64,000 nt of DNA, from contig OZ242326.1 of assembly GCA_965208325.1 (NCBI GenBank), positions 1,952,001-2,016,000 of the forward strand, written 5' to 3'. The DNA comes from Candidatus Poribacteria bacterium (GTDB lineage Bacteria > Poribacteria > WGA-4E > PCPOR2b). A program made the position numbers and the translations under genes. How positions within the stretch are numbered: position 1 is the stretch's first letter; each line of letters begins with the position of its first letter. The notes below the pieces were generated by a model. That model was not told the origin of the DNA. It saw only the letters and a list, made by a program, of their open reading frames with translations, and searched no databases. Shown here piece by piece: positions 38,841-50,322 of the stretch.

Positions 38841-40825
38841 CGGCACTCGGCGTGGACCTGCTACTTTGAGCGCGGCAAGATGCCGCGCCTACGGTAAGGG
38901 GAAAGGGGACGCGACTACGACAGGGGGTAAAGGGGATTGACGCCGTGACTACGATGGGGGTAAAGGGTTAGAGCCGCAAATACAGTCGGTAAATGCGGGG
39001 AAGGAAGCAACGGATACGGGGTGACGGAACACGGAGTGGGCATGCTACTTTAAGCGCGGCAAGATGCCGCGCCCACGGTAAAGGTAAAGGGGAAAGAGGC
39101 CGTGACTGCAGTAGGGATATGCGGGGGAACAAGCAACGGATACGGGGTGACGGCACACGGCGTGGGCATGCTACTTTGAGCGCGGCAAGATGCCGCGCCT
39201 ACTACAGGGGGTAAAGGGGAAAGACGCCGTGACTACGATAAGGGTAATAGGGAAAGATGCCGCGGATACGACGTGACGGAACACGGAGTGGGCATGCTAC
39301 TTTGAGCGCGGCAAGATGCCGCGCCTACAATAAAGGTAAAGGGGAAAGAGGCCGTGACAACGATGGGGGTAAAGCGGATAGAGGATGCGACTACGACAGG
39401 GGGTAAAGCGGAAAAAGCCGTGACTACGAGGGGGATAAAAGGGAATAAGGCAACGGATACGGTGTGACGGCATACGGGGTGGGAATGTTACTTTGAGCGC
39501 GGCAAGATGCCGCGCCTACGGTAAGGAGAAAGACGCCGTGACTACGAGGGGGGTAAAGGGGAAAGACGCCGCGACTACGATAAGGGTAATAGGGAAAGAT
39601 GCCGCGGATACAGTAGGGATATGCGGGGAGGAAGCAACGGATACGGTGTGACGGCATACGGGGTGGGAATGTTACTTTGAGCGCGGCAAGATGCCGCGCC
39701 TACAATAAAGGTAAAGGGGAAAGACGCCGCGACTACGATAAGGGTAATAGGGAAAGATGCCGCGGATACAGTAGGGATATACGGGGAGGAAGCAACGGAT
39801 ACGACGTGACGGAACACGGAGTGGGCATGCTACTTTAAGCGCGGCAAGATGCCGCGCCTACGGTATAGGTGAAGGGGAAAGAAGCCGCGACTACGACAGG
39901 GGGTAAAGGGGGAAGAGGACGCGAATACAGTAGGAATATCCAGAGGAAAAGGCAACGGCTACGACGAGACGGCACACGGAGTGGGCATGCTACTTTAAGC
40001 GCGGCAAGATGCCGCGCCTACGAGGGGGGTAAAGGGGAAAGATGCCGTGACTACGACAGGGGGTAAAGGGGGAAGAGGACGCGAATACAGTAGGAATATC
40101 CAGGGGAAAAGGCAACGGCTGCGCCGTTGCGGCACACGGAGTGGGAATTCTATTTTGAGCGCGGCAAGATGCCGCGCCTACGGTAAGGTAAAGGGGAAAG
40201 ACGCCGTGACAACGATGGGGGTAAAGCGGATAGAGGATGCGACTACGACAGGGGGTAAAGGGGATAGAGGACGCGAATACAGTAGGTTAATGCGGGGGAA
40301 GAAGCAACGGATACGACGTGACGGCACACGGCGTGGGCATGCTACTCTGAGCGCGGCAAGATGCCGCGACTACGGTAAGGGTGAAGGGGAAGAGGACGTG
40401 ACTACGATGGGGGTAAAAGGGAATGAGGACGCGACTACGGTTAGGGTAAAGGGGAAAGACACCGTGACTACGATGGAGGTATAGGGGAAAGAGGACGCGA
40501 ATACAGTAGGTTAATGCGGGGGAAGAAGCAACGGATACGACGTGACGGCACACGGCGTGGGCATGCTACTTTAAGCGCGGCAAGATGCCGCGCCTACGGT
40601 AAGGGTAAAGGGGAAAGATGCCGCGACTACGAAGAGGGTAAATGGGAAAGAGGACGCGACTGCAGTAGGTAAATGCGGGGGAAGTGGCAACGGATACGGG
40701 GTGACGGCCCACGGAGTGTGAATTCTACTTTGAGCGCGGCAAGATGCCGCGCCTACGGTTAGGGTAAAGGGGAAAGAAGCCGCACCTACGACAGGGGTAA
40801 AGGGGAACGAGGCGCGACGACGGTA
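38839..40825. repeat. 2-kb purine-rich REP array: about 12 C-A doublets plus GGGGTAAAGGGGAAA half-REP mini-units
   Basis: gacggcacacggagtgggcatgctac-tttga-gcgcggcaagatgccgcgcctac recurs every 120-225 bp, with about 31-bp ggggtaaaggggaaagacgccgtgactacga units in between. Confidence 0.92.
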
Positions 40826-41008
40826 GAAATATGCGAGGGAAGAGGCAAGGCATAGGATAGGCATCTTGGTGTGGATTCGCCAATTCCTCAACCAAACAGA
40901 TGTTTTTGCGTCTAACACAGACTGAATGTACAAGCATATAAACAGCGTTGAGATATGATATCTTCGTAATCCCATGCATCATTTATTGACCTCCAGAGGA
41001 AACAGGTT

Positions 41009-44000
41009 TTGATTTTCAAAGAATTTAAGCGCCATATGGCTGGAAGGATGTCGACCGCAGGGCGTTTTCATATTGTTTTACTTCTATCTGTCCTCCAGCT
41101 GTTGTTTCATCTACCCTTACCGTTTTCCCCGGTACAGCCGCTAGCTTGGGGGCTGGGTTTTGACTCCGAACCGCAGGTCATTGATGACGCAGACGAAGAT
41201 GATGTTTTCAGCCCAAACGGAGACGATGTTCAGGATAAACTGCTAATCAGTTTTGTGACGGATGGCGCTCGAGGGGATTTTCGGATTATTATTGACGTGC
41301 ACGGCGGAGGTGGGATTGGCCCCCCCGACGGCGAATTCGATCCCGACGATGATTGGCTAATCATCGGTGAAATCGGTTCGGGAGCGACCGAAAATGACGC
41401 TCCCAAAGTTATTCGCCAGGAGTGGGACGGTAAAGACCGGTCTCCGGAACAAGAGGGACCGACCACGGCTCGTGCCGTGAGGGACGGAACGTACACGATT
41501 CGCGTCGATATTGATGATTTTCAAGACGGCAGGGTGGACGGGGTATTTGGCCGCCGTGAAACCGAGACCGTAACTGCCACGGTTGACACAACCTCGCCTC
41601 GGGTGACCGTACAGATATCCCTCCGTGAGTTTTCGCCCAATGATGATGGCATCAAAGATTCAACGGAGTTTATTTATTCCCTCTCCGAATCACTCCCTGA
41701 CGATTCGGCGGCGCGTGAGCCGGCACTACAGTTAGAGTTTACCCAACCCAACCGCCCCGCGATTTCTCTGACTATACGCTCAGAAGGAGACCACCCTTAC
41801 AATTGGGAAGGTAATGACGGTTCCGGCATACCGTTGGGCGACGGCACCTACAATCTGCAACTGCGGGGCGTTGACAAAGGCGGTAATATCGGTACTTTCG
41901 AAATTGGAGCGGTAACCATAGACACTGAACCGCCGTCCGTCTTGCAGGTCACTCCGGGCGGCATCACCTTTCAAAACACGCCGATTTCAGTAATTGAGGT
42001 GATAGTCAATCCGGGTGACGGATCCGCCATTGATTTCACTCCGACGGGAACAGATATTACGTTACAAAACGAAACCGGCGACCCGATCGCGGGGAGATTA
42101 AGCCGCAACGATAACCGCCTCACGCTGACTCTCGATACTCCTTTGGACGACATTGAGGAAAATGGAGAATACACGGTCACCGCCGATGTGTTGGACTTGG
42201 CGGGGAACGGCGTTCAGGAAACCGTGAATTTCACATTCGATACAAGCCCGCCGATTGTGACTAGACTTACTGCCAACGGCTTGGACCTAAAACCCGGAAC
42301 AGCGTTCAACACGCCGCTGCAGTTTGTCCAAGCCTTTCTCGCAGATAACATTGCGTTGAATCGCAACGCCTCGACCATCCGCCTGAATGGGCCTAGCGGC
42401 GCAGTCGATGGCGGACAGGGCCCCGTCGGCGAGAATGGTATCCAATTTTGGTTGAGTTTCCCCTTAGAAACCGATGGATCGGATGACGGCACTTACACAC
42501 TCACGGTTGTGCCTGTGGACAGCGCAGCCAACGAAGGTTCACAGCGGCAAATTTCTTTCATTTACGACACCCAACCACCGCAACTCCTCTCACTTAACCC
42601 GATTGAGATGTCGGAACCGCGGACGTTCCGGAACACTCTGATTTCTCAGGTAACCGCCGCCTTTGACGACGGGGATGGCAGCGGCATCAATCTTGATACG
42701 ACGACAATTGAGATGGCACGTCAAGTTGAAGTTGGTGATACCGCCCCGGTAGCAGGTGAGTTGATTCCGAATGTGAACGACAGCACCCTGGTCTTTCGGT
42801 TGAACCAACCGCTGCAAGTCCGCGATGGCAGTCAGGATGGCGCTTATAGGGTTCAGGTCAGCTTTGCTGACAAGGTGGGCAACGCTCAATCAACAGATGC
42901 TGTTCTGATTTTTGACACGCAGGCACCCGTGCTTACCGCGACAACACCGGAGGACAATGCAACGGTTTCATCTCTGTCCGAAGTCACTGTTCGCCTCGAC
43001 GATGCGACGAGCGGGATTGATTTTTCATCCACAACCGTCAGGCTGCTGCATGGGGGGAATGCGGTCAGCGCTGACGCCAGCGATAACGGACAAGATACGG
43101 TGACGCTCTCGTTGGCGAAACCGCTGGCAACCGACGGATCAGACGACGGTGAATACACTATTGAGATTTCGCCCGCCGACCGCGCCGGCAACATTGGAAC
43201 AGTGCGCCACAATCGGTTCTTCTTTGAAACGCGAATCCCGGAGATTCGGCTCAATGTACCCAGCGAGTCCCAAGTCAGCACGTTGGGGACAATCGAGGCG
43301 CAACTGTTGGATTACGTGGGTCCCGGGATTAGTTTCTCCGCTGTTCTGCAAGACGGCGTTTTGCGCCGCGAATCGACAATTCAGGTGATTGGACCGGATG
43401 GCGGCGTTGTTTTACCCAAAGAAATAACTGCCGATTCGGAACATGCACGGTTGATTTGGACGATTGGTACACCTCTTCCGCGCGACGGCTCGGCAGACGG
43501 CGATTACACGGTCAGGGTAAGATATGTAGATATAGCGGACGCTGCTTTTACGGAAGATTTTACCTTTACGTTTGATACACAGATTCCAACCGTCGCAAGT
43601 ACAACACCGGGAGCCGGCGATATCGTTACGGCGTTGAATCAAGTAGTTGTAAAATTCGAGTCGGACGTTAGCGGTGTGGATCTCGGTGCTTCCGAGGTGC
43701 GTCTAATTCAGCCCGATGGTTCGCCAATTTTGTCAAACATATCGAATGACGGGTTCGACACAATTGTATTGCAATTTAATCCGCTGCCGACAGATGGAAC
43801 CGCGGACGGTATTTTCGCGATTGAAGTCACTTCCGCGGATCGGGCAGGGAATGCGGCAGACGCGCCATTGCGGTTTGAATTTACGTACGCGACGCAAACT
43901 CCGGAGATTCGACTGAATTCCCCCAGCGAAACTCACATCAGCAACTTGACTACCGTTGAGGCGCAACTGTTGGGTTACACCGGTCCCGGCATCAATTTCT

Positions 44001-47000
44001 CACCCGTGTTGCAAGACAGCGATTTGCGCCGGAGATCGACGATTCAGGTGACAGGGCCCGATGGACAGGTGGTACCGGCAGAGGAGATAACTGCCGACGC
44101 GGAAAACGCGCGTTTAACGTGGGCGATTGACACCGTCTTGCCCCGCAACGGGACGGCAGACGGGCAATACACCGTCAGTGTGAGGTATGAAGATTCCGCG
44201 GGCAGCGCTTTCGCCGAAGAGTTTACCCTTGTTTTTGACACGCAAATTCCGACCGTTGTTAGTACAACACCAAGCGCCGGCGACAACATCTCCGAATTGA
44301 GTCAAGTTATTGTTAAATTCGAGCCGGACCTTAGCGGTGTCGACCTCGCCGCTTCCCAAGTGCTTCTAATTCAACCTGATGGCACGCCGATTTTGTCGAA
44401 CACGTCGAACGACGGGCTTGACACAATTATGCTGCAATTTAATCCGCTGCGGACAGATGGGGCTGCTGACGGGATTTACGCGATTGAAATCACGTCCGTG
44501 GATGGTGCGGGAAATGTCTCCGACGCGCCATTTCGATTTGAATTTACGTTCGCAACACAGTCACCGGAGATTGACACGCTGGTGCCGGCAGACAATGCGA
44601 TTGTCAACAGCGTGGAAGATATTACGGCGACGCTGATTGACAAAAGCGGAAGCGGGATTGATTTTTCGCAATCGACAATCATATTGAAAAATGCCCTTGG
44701 CGAGAGAATCGCGGGAGTTTTGAGAAATGACGGCGCACAGACGCTCACGCTGGAGACTACACTACCAACCGACGGCGCGGCGGACGGGGGGTACACAATC
44801 GAACTTAATTTAGTTAATGAACTCGGCACGGCAGCGGATTACACAAGCGTTTTTCTGTATGACAGCCACCCGCCGCAGATTACGCCGGAATCCCGCATGC
44901 CCGCGGACAGTGCGACGAACCGGAATCAAATTGAAGTTGAATTTGAAGTAGTAGACCCGGCGCCTTCCACGGCAAGAGACGGCGTGGAAGGGTCGGGGAT
45001 TGATTTTTCTGCGTCAGAGGTGCAATTGATGGCGCCGGACAATTCTCCAATTGACGGCGAGAAGACCTACGACGGAATAAGCCGCATCACCTTTGAATCC
45101 GCCGCGTTTTCGAGTGTCGGGACATACACCCTCGTCGTAACGCTGGTGGATATAGCGGGCAACAGCGGGATTCCGCAGACATTTACAATCGCATACGACA
45201 TGGAAAAACCCGTCATTGAGGCGTTGAACGCGATTACGCCATCGGACGCCGTTCCCCTCGACATTATTGGCGGTGCGTCCAACATCAGCAACCAGTTGAC
45301 GCGTGTCGAGGTTGTCTTGAGCGACGACAGTGCAGGGATAGATTTTAACCGCACATCGGTGCAGATTTTGAACCCTGACGGGGACGCAGTTGCCGGCACA
45401 CTTAATAACGACAGCAGCGAAACGGTTTGGCGGCTGCTTGATACCCCTCTTTCTCGTACCGGCGACGCCGACGGCGCGTATTCAATCCGCGTACAAGCCT
45501 ACGATAAAGCCGGGAATTTTGAAGACATATCGTTCATCCTGCGTTACGACACGCAAGCGCCGAACGTAGAATCTATTCGCGCTGAACAGACTGACGGTAT
45601 GAGTATTGATGTGCTTCAGGAATCTACAGTCATCATGTCCCCCATCCACCGTCTAATCGTAGCTTTCTCGGACGATGGCGGCAGCGGCATGGATTTCTCA
45701 AGGACGGCTGTGCGTCTAACCGCCCCGAACGGGGACGAGATTGGCGGAAATCAATCCGATGATGGGGCCGGTACTGCGATTTTCAGTTTTAATGCGCTGC
45801 CGGTAAACGGATTGGCTGACGGGCGTTACCGCATTCAGGTGACGCCAACAGATTTGGCGGGTAACACGTACACCAGTCCAATCGAATTTCCGTTCTTTTA
45901 TAGTACCCAGAATCCGGAGATAGTCTCGACGACACCGGCTGCGTTTTCATACGCTGCCCGGCTCACGTCTGTGAGCGCGGCGCTGCTAGATCACAGCGGC
46001 GAGGGTATTGATTTCGAGCGATCTACTATTCAGCTTACGGGGCCAGCGGGCAACCCGGCCGCGGGACGCATTCGCGCAGACAAAACGGCTTCGACACTTA
46101 CGTTGGAGTTGGATACCGCCCTGGCTCGAAACGGGGATGCAGATGGAGAATACGTCATCGGACTGACCGTCGCCGATAAAGCGGGCAACGTCGTCGAAGC
46201 ATCTAACACGTTTATATACGACACGCAGATACCACGGATTGTGTCCGTGACCGCAAATACCGATCCCCCAACGAACATCGAGGCTGACCAGTTAGAAATT
46301 ATAGATACGTCGTTGCATGAGATTGCTGTCATATTCTCAGACGCATATGATAAAATAACCGCAGTCAGCGGGGTAGACCTCGCGGGAACATCGGTTCGAT
46401 TGATTGCGCCGGGGGAAACTCAGGTCGACGTACACGCCCGGGACGACGGGGTTGACACGATGACCGTCACTTTTACGCGCTTGACCCGTTCCGGCAACTA
46501 CACGCTCGAAATCACACCGCATGACCTCGCCGGCAACGTATCGGGGCGCGCCATCCCTTACAATTTCCGCATTGAGTTGGCGCCTCCCCGCGTGGAAGCT
46601 GTCACCATTGGCGGACATTCTGCACCGGTTGAGTTTGTTAATGCGGTGGACACCATCGCCGCCTCGCTTATAGATGTCAGCGGCATCGGTTTAGACTTGA
46701 CCTCCGACGGGTCGAGAATTATTGTGGTTGGACCCGACGGAGAGGTTGACGGAATTCAGAGCACGCGCGGCACGAATGAGATTGTCTGGACGCCGTTGCA
46801 ACTGGCGACGGACGGTACAATGGACGGCACCTATACGGCGACAATCACCCCAATTGATGCTGCTGGTGAAGCCGGCATTCCGGCGCGGCATCAATTCATA
46901 CTGGATACGCAGCCGCCCGCGGTAAGTGCGGTGTCGCCAATCACTCTCACGGAACCGGTATCTTATATCGGGGAGCAGATTTCGCAAATCGCTGCATTGG

Positions 47001-49258
47001 TAGTTGACACGGGTCCGGCTGGGCTGAAAATCGATGAACAGCGAATTCACTTATTGGATTCACACGAGAACCTTATCCCAGGAGATTTAACCAATGACGG
47101 CACCGAACTGATAATCTTCACGCTTTCTCAGTCTTTGGCAACCGATGGCAGCGACGATGGAACATACACCGTAATACTTGTTCTCAGCGACAATGCTGGC
47201 AATTTGAGCGGCATTGCGCATCAGGTGGTGTATGACACGATAGCCCCAACGGTGCAAACACACCCGGCAGACGGCGAGGCGATTCGTGATGATATTCGTA
47301 CAATTTCAGCCGATTTACGGGATACGGGCGGCAGCGGCATCGATTTCGACGCGTCGACTTTGACCCTTTTGGATGCAAGCGGCGAAGAAATTACCGGTGA
47401 GCCGAACAACGATGGCCGCGGGCGGATGACACTGCAGATTCCGGGGCTTGTGACGGACGGGAACTATACTATCCGCGTCCTAGCTGTGGATCGCGCGGGA
47501 AATGGCGCCGATTCGCCTTTCACGGCGCGTTTCCTTTATTCGTCAAGTATACCGGCGGTGGTTTCGACAATCCCAGCGACTTCGCCTCCTGAAAGAGCAA
47601 CTACGAACAGACCCCTTCGCCAGGTTGAAGCTCAACTTCAGTTTGACGGAGACGACTCGGATCGTTCAACGATTACACTGCTCTCTCCCGACGGTACACC
47701 TGTGGCGGGAATACAGACTGAAGCTGGAAGCAGATTAGTGTATCGGCTGTCGCGCCCTCTTGCTTCGGATGGATCTGACGATGGCATGTATACCATTTCG
47801 GTGATACCGGTCAATCGCGCCGGACGCCAGGGGGCAACGCGGCAATTTACCTTTGCTTACGATACGATTCCACCCGAGGCCGATCCGGATACCGTATCGT
47901 TGATTGTAGCGGAACCGGGCGTTAACAATGCGCTCAACGAGATTCAGGTACTGATTACCGACGCCGAGCCGGGTTCGGGAATTAATTGGGACGATTTGGC
48001 TGAATCTTGGCTCACGCTTGAGAACATTGAGACGGGCCAGCGCATTCGCGGTACGTTGTCTAGCGATGAGCAGGAAACGCTTTCCTTGCGACTGGCGACG
48101 CCGCTTGCCAGCGACGGAAGCCAAGATGGCGCATACCGCGTAACCGTAGTTGCCGCGGACCGCGCAAAGAACACCTCGGATCCGGTGATGTACGAGTTCA
48201 CCTACGATACACGTCCGCCGCTAGTTATTACGCATTCCTTAGAAATCAATGATCAGCCTCTGCTCTACGATAGGGAGCATACCGACTATCCATCGGCAAC
48301 TAACAGAATTATCGGCGTAGTCATTCGGGCAAGACTGGAAGATATTGCCCGCGACGGCACGCGCGGGCTGGGAGTTGACCTCTCTCAATCAACAATTGCT
48401 CTGCATGATCCGGGGGGAAATCCGATAAACGGGCACATGCGCCAAAACGGCGTGGATGCGATTGAGTTCAAATCTGACGCACTATCAACCGAAGGGCTTT
48501 ATCAGGTTACCATCACGAGCGTTGGGTTAGATGAGGCGGATCTCGGTTTTCAACCGATGGATTCAATCTCTACGGAGTTTCTTTATGAAAGAACTGAACC
48601 GGTTGCCGCGCTCACGGATTTCGGCGGCGTCACGACACTTGAAAACGAACCGATTCCGTTAAGTGGCACGGCTCATGATCCGGAGACGGAAGAAGTTTCC
48701 GCATCCGGAGTTCTGCAGATTGAGATTGTTGGCGTCGGTCCCGACGGCGCCCCGATCAATCCGGTGCCGGCGCAAGATGTAAGTGAAGCGGAGGAGGAAC
48801 CGTGGAGCCGCTGGTCGGCCGATTTTCTGCCCACGCAATCCGGGGTATACAACCTTGATATTCGCGCCACTGATCAGGCGGGCAACGTTTCGGTGGTTGA
48901 CGGCGTAACGGCGACGTTCTCGGTTTCGCTCTCTTTCAAGGGATCGACGTATGTTTGGCCGAATCCCGTGAGACATTCAATCGGGGATGCGGCTAACTTC
49001 TCCTTCGATATCAACGCCCCGGTCGACGATCGGATGGACGTACTCTTAAGTATTTACGATTTTGCCGGCGATCTCGTATACTATGAGGAGTTTCAAGAAA
49101 TTTCCGCGGGCCGAACCGATCAGCTCGTGACGTGGAATCTAGAAAATCAATCGGGCGCCGACGTTGCGCGCGGTGTCTATATCTTCCGTCTTGAAGCGCA
49201 GCGTACCGGTTCAGAAGAACGTGCAAATGTAGTTGGCAAGGTTCTTGTTGTTGAATGA
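41009..49258 (+). CDS. Giant secreted Ig-like repeat protein with N- and C-terminal FlgD-Ig/T9SS-like domains
   Basis: About 20 units of DT..P...SG.D...S.I.L..P.G...PL..DGS.DG.Y......D.AGN. N-terminal FSPNGDD/WDGKD. C-terminal VWPNPV...IYDFAGDLV...WNLENQSGADVARGVYIF. Start uncertain (41009, 41036 or 41048). Confidence 0.88.
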   Translation: MIFKEFKRHMAGRMSTAGRFHIVLLLSVLQLLFHLPLPFSPVQPLAWGLGFDSEPQVIDDADEDDVFSPNGDDVQDKLLISFVTDGARGDFRIIIDVHGGGGIGPPDGEFDPDDDWLIIGEIGSGATENDAPKVIRQEWDGKDRSPEQEGPTTARAVRDGTYTIRVDIDDFQDGRVDGVFGRRETETVTATVDTTSPRVTVQISLREFSPNDDGIKDSTEFIYSLSESLPDDSAAREPALQLEFTQPNRPAISLTIRSEGDHPYNWEGNDGSGIPLGDGTYNLQLRGVDKGGNIGTFEIGAVTIDTEPPSVLQVTPGGITFQNTPISVIEVIVNPGDGSAIDFTPTGTDITLQNETGDPIAGRLSRNDNRLTLTLDTPLDDIEENGEYTVTADVLDLAGNGVQETVNFTFDTSPPIVTRLTANGLDLKPGTAFNTPLQFVQAFLADNIALNRNASTIRLNGPSGAVDGGQGPVGENGIQFWLSFPLETDGSDDGTYTLTVVPVDSAANEGSQRQISFIYDTQPPQLLSLNPIEMSEPRTFRNTLISQVTAAFDDGDGSGINLDTTTIEMARQVEVGDTAPVAGELIPNVNDSTLVFRLNQPLQVRDGSQDGAYRVQVSFADKVGNAQSTDAVLIFDTQAPVLTATTPEDNATVSSLSEVTVRLDDATSGIDFSSTTVRLLHGGNAVSADASDNGQDTVTLSLAKPLATDGSDDGEYTIEISPADRAGNIGTVRHNRFFFETRIPEIRLNVPSESQVSTLGTIEAQLLDYVGPGISFSAVLQDGVLRRESTIQVIGPDGGVVLPKEITADSEHARLIWTIGTPLPRDGSADGDYTVRVRYVDIADAAFTEDFTFTFDTQIPTVASTTPGAGDIVTALNQVVVKFESDVSGVDLGASEVRLIQPDGSPILSNISNDGFDTIVLQFNPLPTDGTADGIFAIEVTSADRAGNAADAPLRFEFTYATQTPEIRLNSPSETHISNLTTVEAQLLGYTGPGINFSPVLQDSDLRRRSTIQVTGPDGQVVPAEEITADAENARLTWAIDTVLPRNGTADGQYTVSVRYEDSAGSAFAEEFTLVFDTQIPTVVSTTPSAGDNISELSQVIVKFEPDLSGVDLAASQVLLIQPDGTPILSNTSNDGLDTIMLQFNPLRTDGAADGIYAIEITSVDGAGNVSDAPFRFEFTFATQSPEIDTLVPADNAIVNSVEDITATLIDKSGSGIDFSQSTIILKNALGERIAGVLRNDGAQTLTLETTLPTDGAADGGYTIELNLVNELGTAADYTSVFLYDSHPPQITPESRMPADSATNRNQIEVEFEVVDPAPSTARDGVEGSGIDFSASEVQLMAPDNSPIDGEKTYDGISRITFESAAFSSVGTYTLVVTLVDIAGNSGIPQTFTIAYDMEKPVIEALNAITPSDAVPLDIIGGASNISNQLTRVEVVLSDDSAGIDFNRTSVQILNPDGDAVAGTLNNDSSETVWRLLDTPLSRTGDADGAYSIRVQAYDKAGNFEDISFILRYDTQAPNVESIRAEQTDGMSIDVLQESTVIMSPIHRLIVAFSDDGGSGMDFSRTAVRLTAPNGDEIGGNQSDDGAGTAIFSFNALPVNGLADGRYRIQVTPTDLAGNTYTSPIEFPFFYSTQNPEIVSTTPAAFSYAARLTSVSAALLDHSGEGIDFERSTIQLTGPAGNPAAGRIRADKTASTLTLELDTALARNGDADGEYVIGLTVADKAGNVVEASNTFIYDTQIPRIVSVTANTDPPTNIEADQLEIIDTSLHEIAVIFSDAYDKITAVSGVDLAGTSVRLIAPGETQVDVHARDDGVDTMTVTFTRLTRSGNYTLEITPHDLAGNVSGRAIPYNFRIELAPPRVEAVTIGGHSAPVEFVNAVDTIAASLIDVSGIGLDLTSDGSRIIVVGPDGEVDGIQSTRGTNEIVWTPLQLATDGTMDGTYTATITPIDAAGEAGIPARHQFILDTQPPAVSAVSPITLTEPVSYIGEQISQIAALVVDTGPAGLKIDEQRIHLLDSHENLIPGDLTNDGTELIIFTLSQSLATDGSDDGTYTVILVLSDNAGNLSGIAHQVVYDTIAPTVQTHPADGEAIRDDIRTISADLRDTGGSGIDFDASTLTLLDASGEEITGEPNNDGRGRMTLQIPGLVTDGNYTIRVLAVDRAGNGADSPFTARFLYSSSIPAVVSTIPATSPPERATTNRPLRQVEAQLQFDGDDSDRSTITLLSPDGTPVAGIQTEAGSRLVYRLSRPLASDGSDDGMYTISVIPVNRAGRQGATRQFTFAYDTIPPEADPDTVSLIVAEPGVNNALNEIQVLITDAEPGSGINWDDLAESWLTLENIETGQRIRGTLSSDEQETLSLRLATPLASDGSQDGAYRVTVVAADRAKNTSDPVMYEFTYDTRPPLVITHSLEINDQPLLYDREHTDYPSATNRIIGVVIRARLEDIARDGTRGLGVDLSQSTIALHDPGGNPINGHMRQNGVDAIEFKSDALSTEGLYQVTITSVGLDEADLGFQPMDSISTEFLYERTEPVAALTDFGGVTTLENEPIPLSGTAHDPETEEVSASGVLQIEIVGVGPDGAPINPVPAQDVSEAEEEPWSRWSADFLPTQSGVYNLDIRATDQAGNVSVVDGVTATFSVSLSFKGSTYVWPNPVRHSIGDAANFSFDINAPVDDRMDVLLSIYDFAGDLVYYEEFQEISAGRTDQLVTWNLENQSGADVARGVYIFRLEAQRTGSEERANVVGKVLVVE

Positions 49259-49288
49259 TGGGTGACGGAACAATTCTATGCGTTTAAA

Positions 49289-50181
49289 AAACCGAGTTTT
49301 GAAGAAAAAACTCGGTTTTAAATTGAATAGGTTTTTGTAGGTTCAAAAGCGTTGGGTTTCGCTTCAATCATCGGATTTTCGTACGCGATAAAGTTTACAG
49401 GGCGGTTCGTTTTAATGGGCGATTTTTGGATGAATCCGCTCTACCCAACCTACAAAAACTTGATCCCGGGCTACCGTGTGTGGGTAGTGCGGTTGCACAA
49501 AAAGTTACGGCACACGGAGTGCGCATACTACTTTGCGCGGCAAGATGCCGCGCCTACAATGGGAATGGATGCGGCGCGAGTTTCGGCGAATACCTTGGAA
49601 ATTTGCGGGTTGAGATGGCGCCGGGTTACGACGTGCAGCGGGGGGTCCTGCGATTACGGAAATGGTTACGGCACACCGAGAATATTGAAGAAACCGAGTT
49701 TTGAAGAAAAACTCGGTTTTGAATTTAATAGTTTTTTGTAGGTTGGGTAGAGCGGATTTGGTAATTGATGTGTAGTGTTTTGTGGGCAGTACCTACGTTG
49801 GGATTGATGGGTTAATGTAATAGCGGAGCGAAACCCAACGTTTTTGGAGCGTTGGAATAATAGAACGATAGACACCAAAACGATTGGATAAAGGAAATTC
49901 ATTGAGAGGATTTGGATTCCGGAGCGGTGTGTGGTATTTAGAAGTTCATAGGGTTGCGGGAGGTTTCAAAAGCGTTGGGTTTCGCTTCAATCATCGGATT
50001 TTCGTACGCGATAAAGTTTACAGGGCGGTTCGTTTTAATGGGCGATTTTTGGATGAATCCGCTCTACCCAACCTACAAAAACTTGATCCCGGGCTACCGT
50101 GTGTGGGTAGTGCGGTTGCACAAAAAAGTTACGGCACACGGAGTGTGCCTACTACTTTGCGCGGCAAGATGCCGCGCCTAC
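49289..50181. repeat. Composite REP mosaic (E-D-C-A-E-invertedD-D-C-A)
   Basis: D at 49351 and 49974, inverted D at 49738, and C-A doublets near 49507 and 50131. Confidence 0.88.
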
Positions 50182-50259
50182 AATGGGAATGGATGTGAGC
50201 AATATTTATGCACAATTTTATCTGAAAATTTGATATAATATTTGGTTAAGCCCGATTGT

Positions 50260-50296
50260 AAGGGGCAGTCTACCGCAGATTGCCCCTTCGTTTTTG
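50260..50296 (+). terminator. Intrinsic-terminator-like hairpin in the leader of the NHL gene
   Basis: aaggggcagtct-accgc-agattgcccctt followed by cgtttttt. Confidence 0.5.
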
Positions 50297-50322
50297 ATAT
50301 CTGATGCATATTTTATGGGAGA

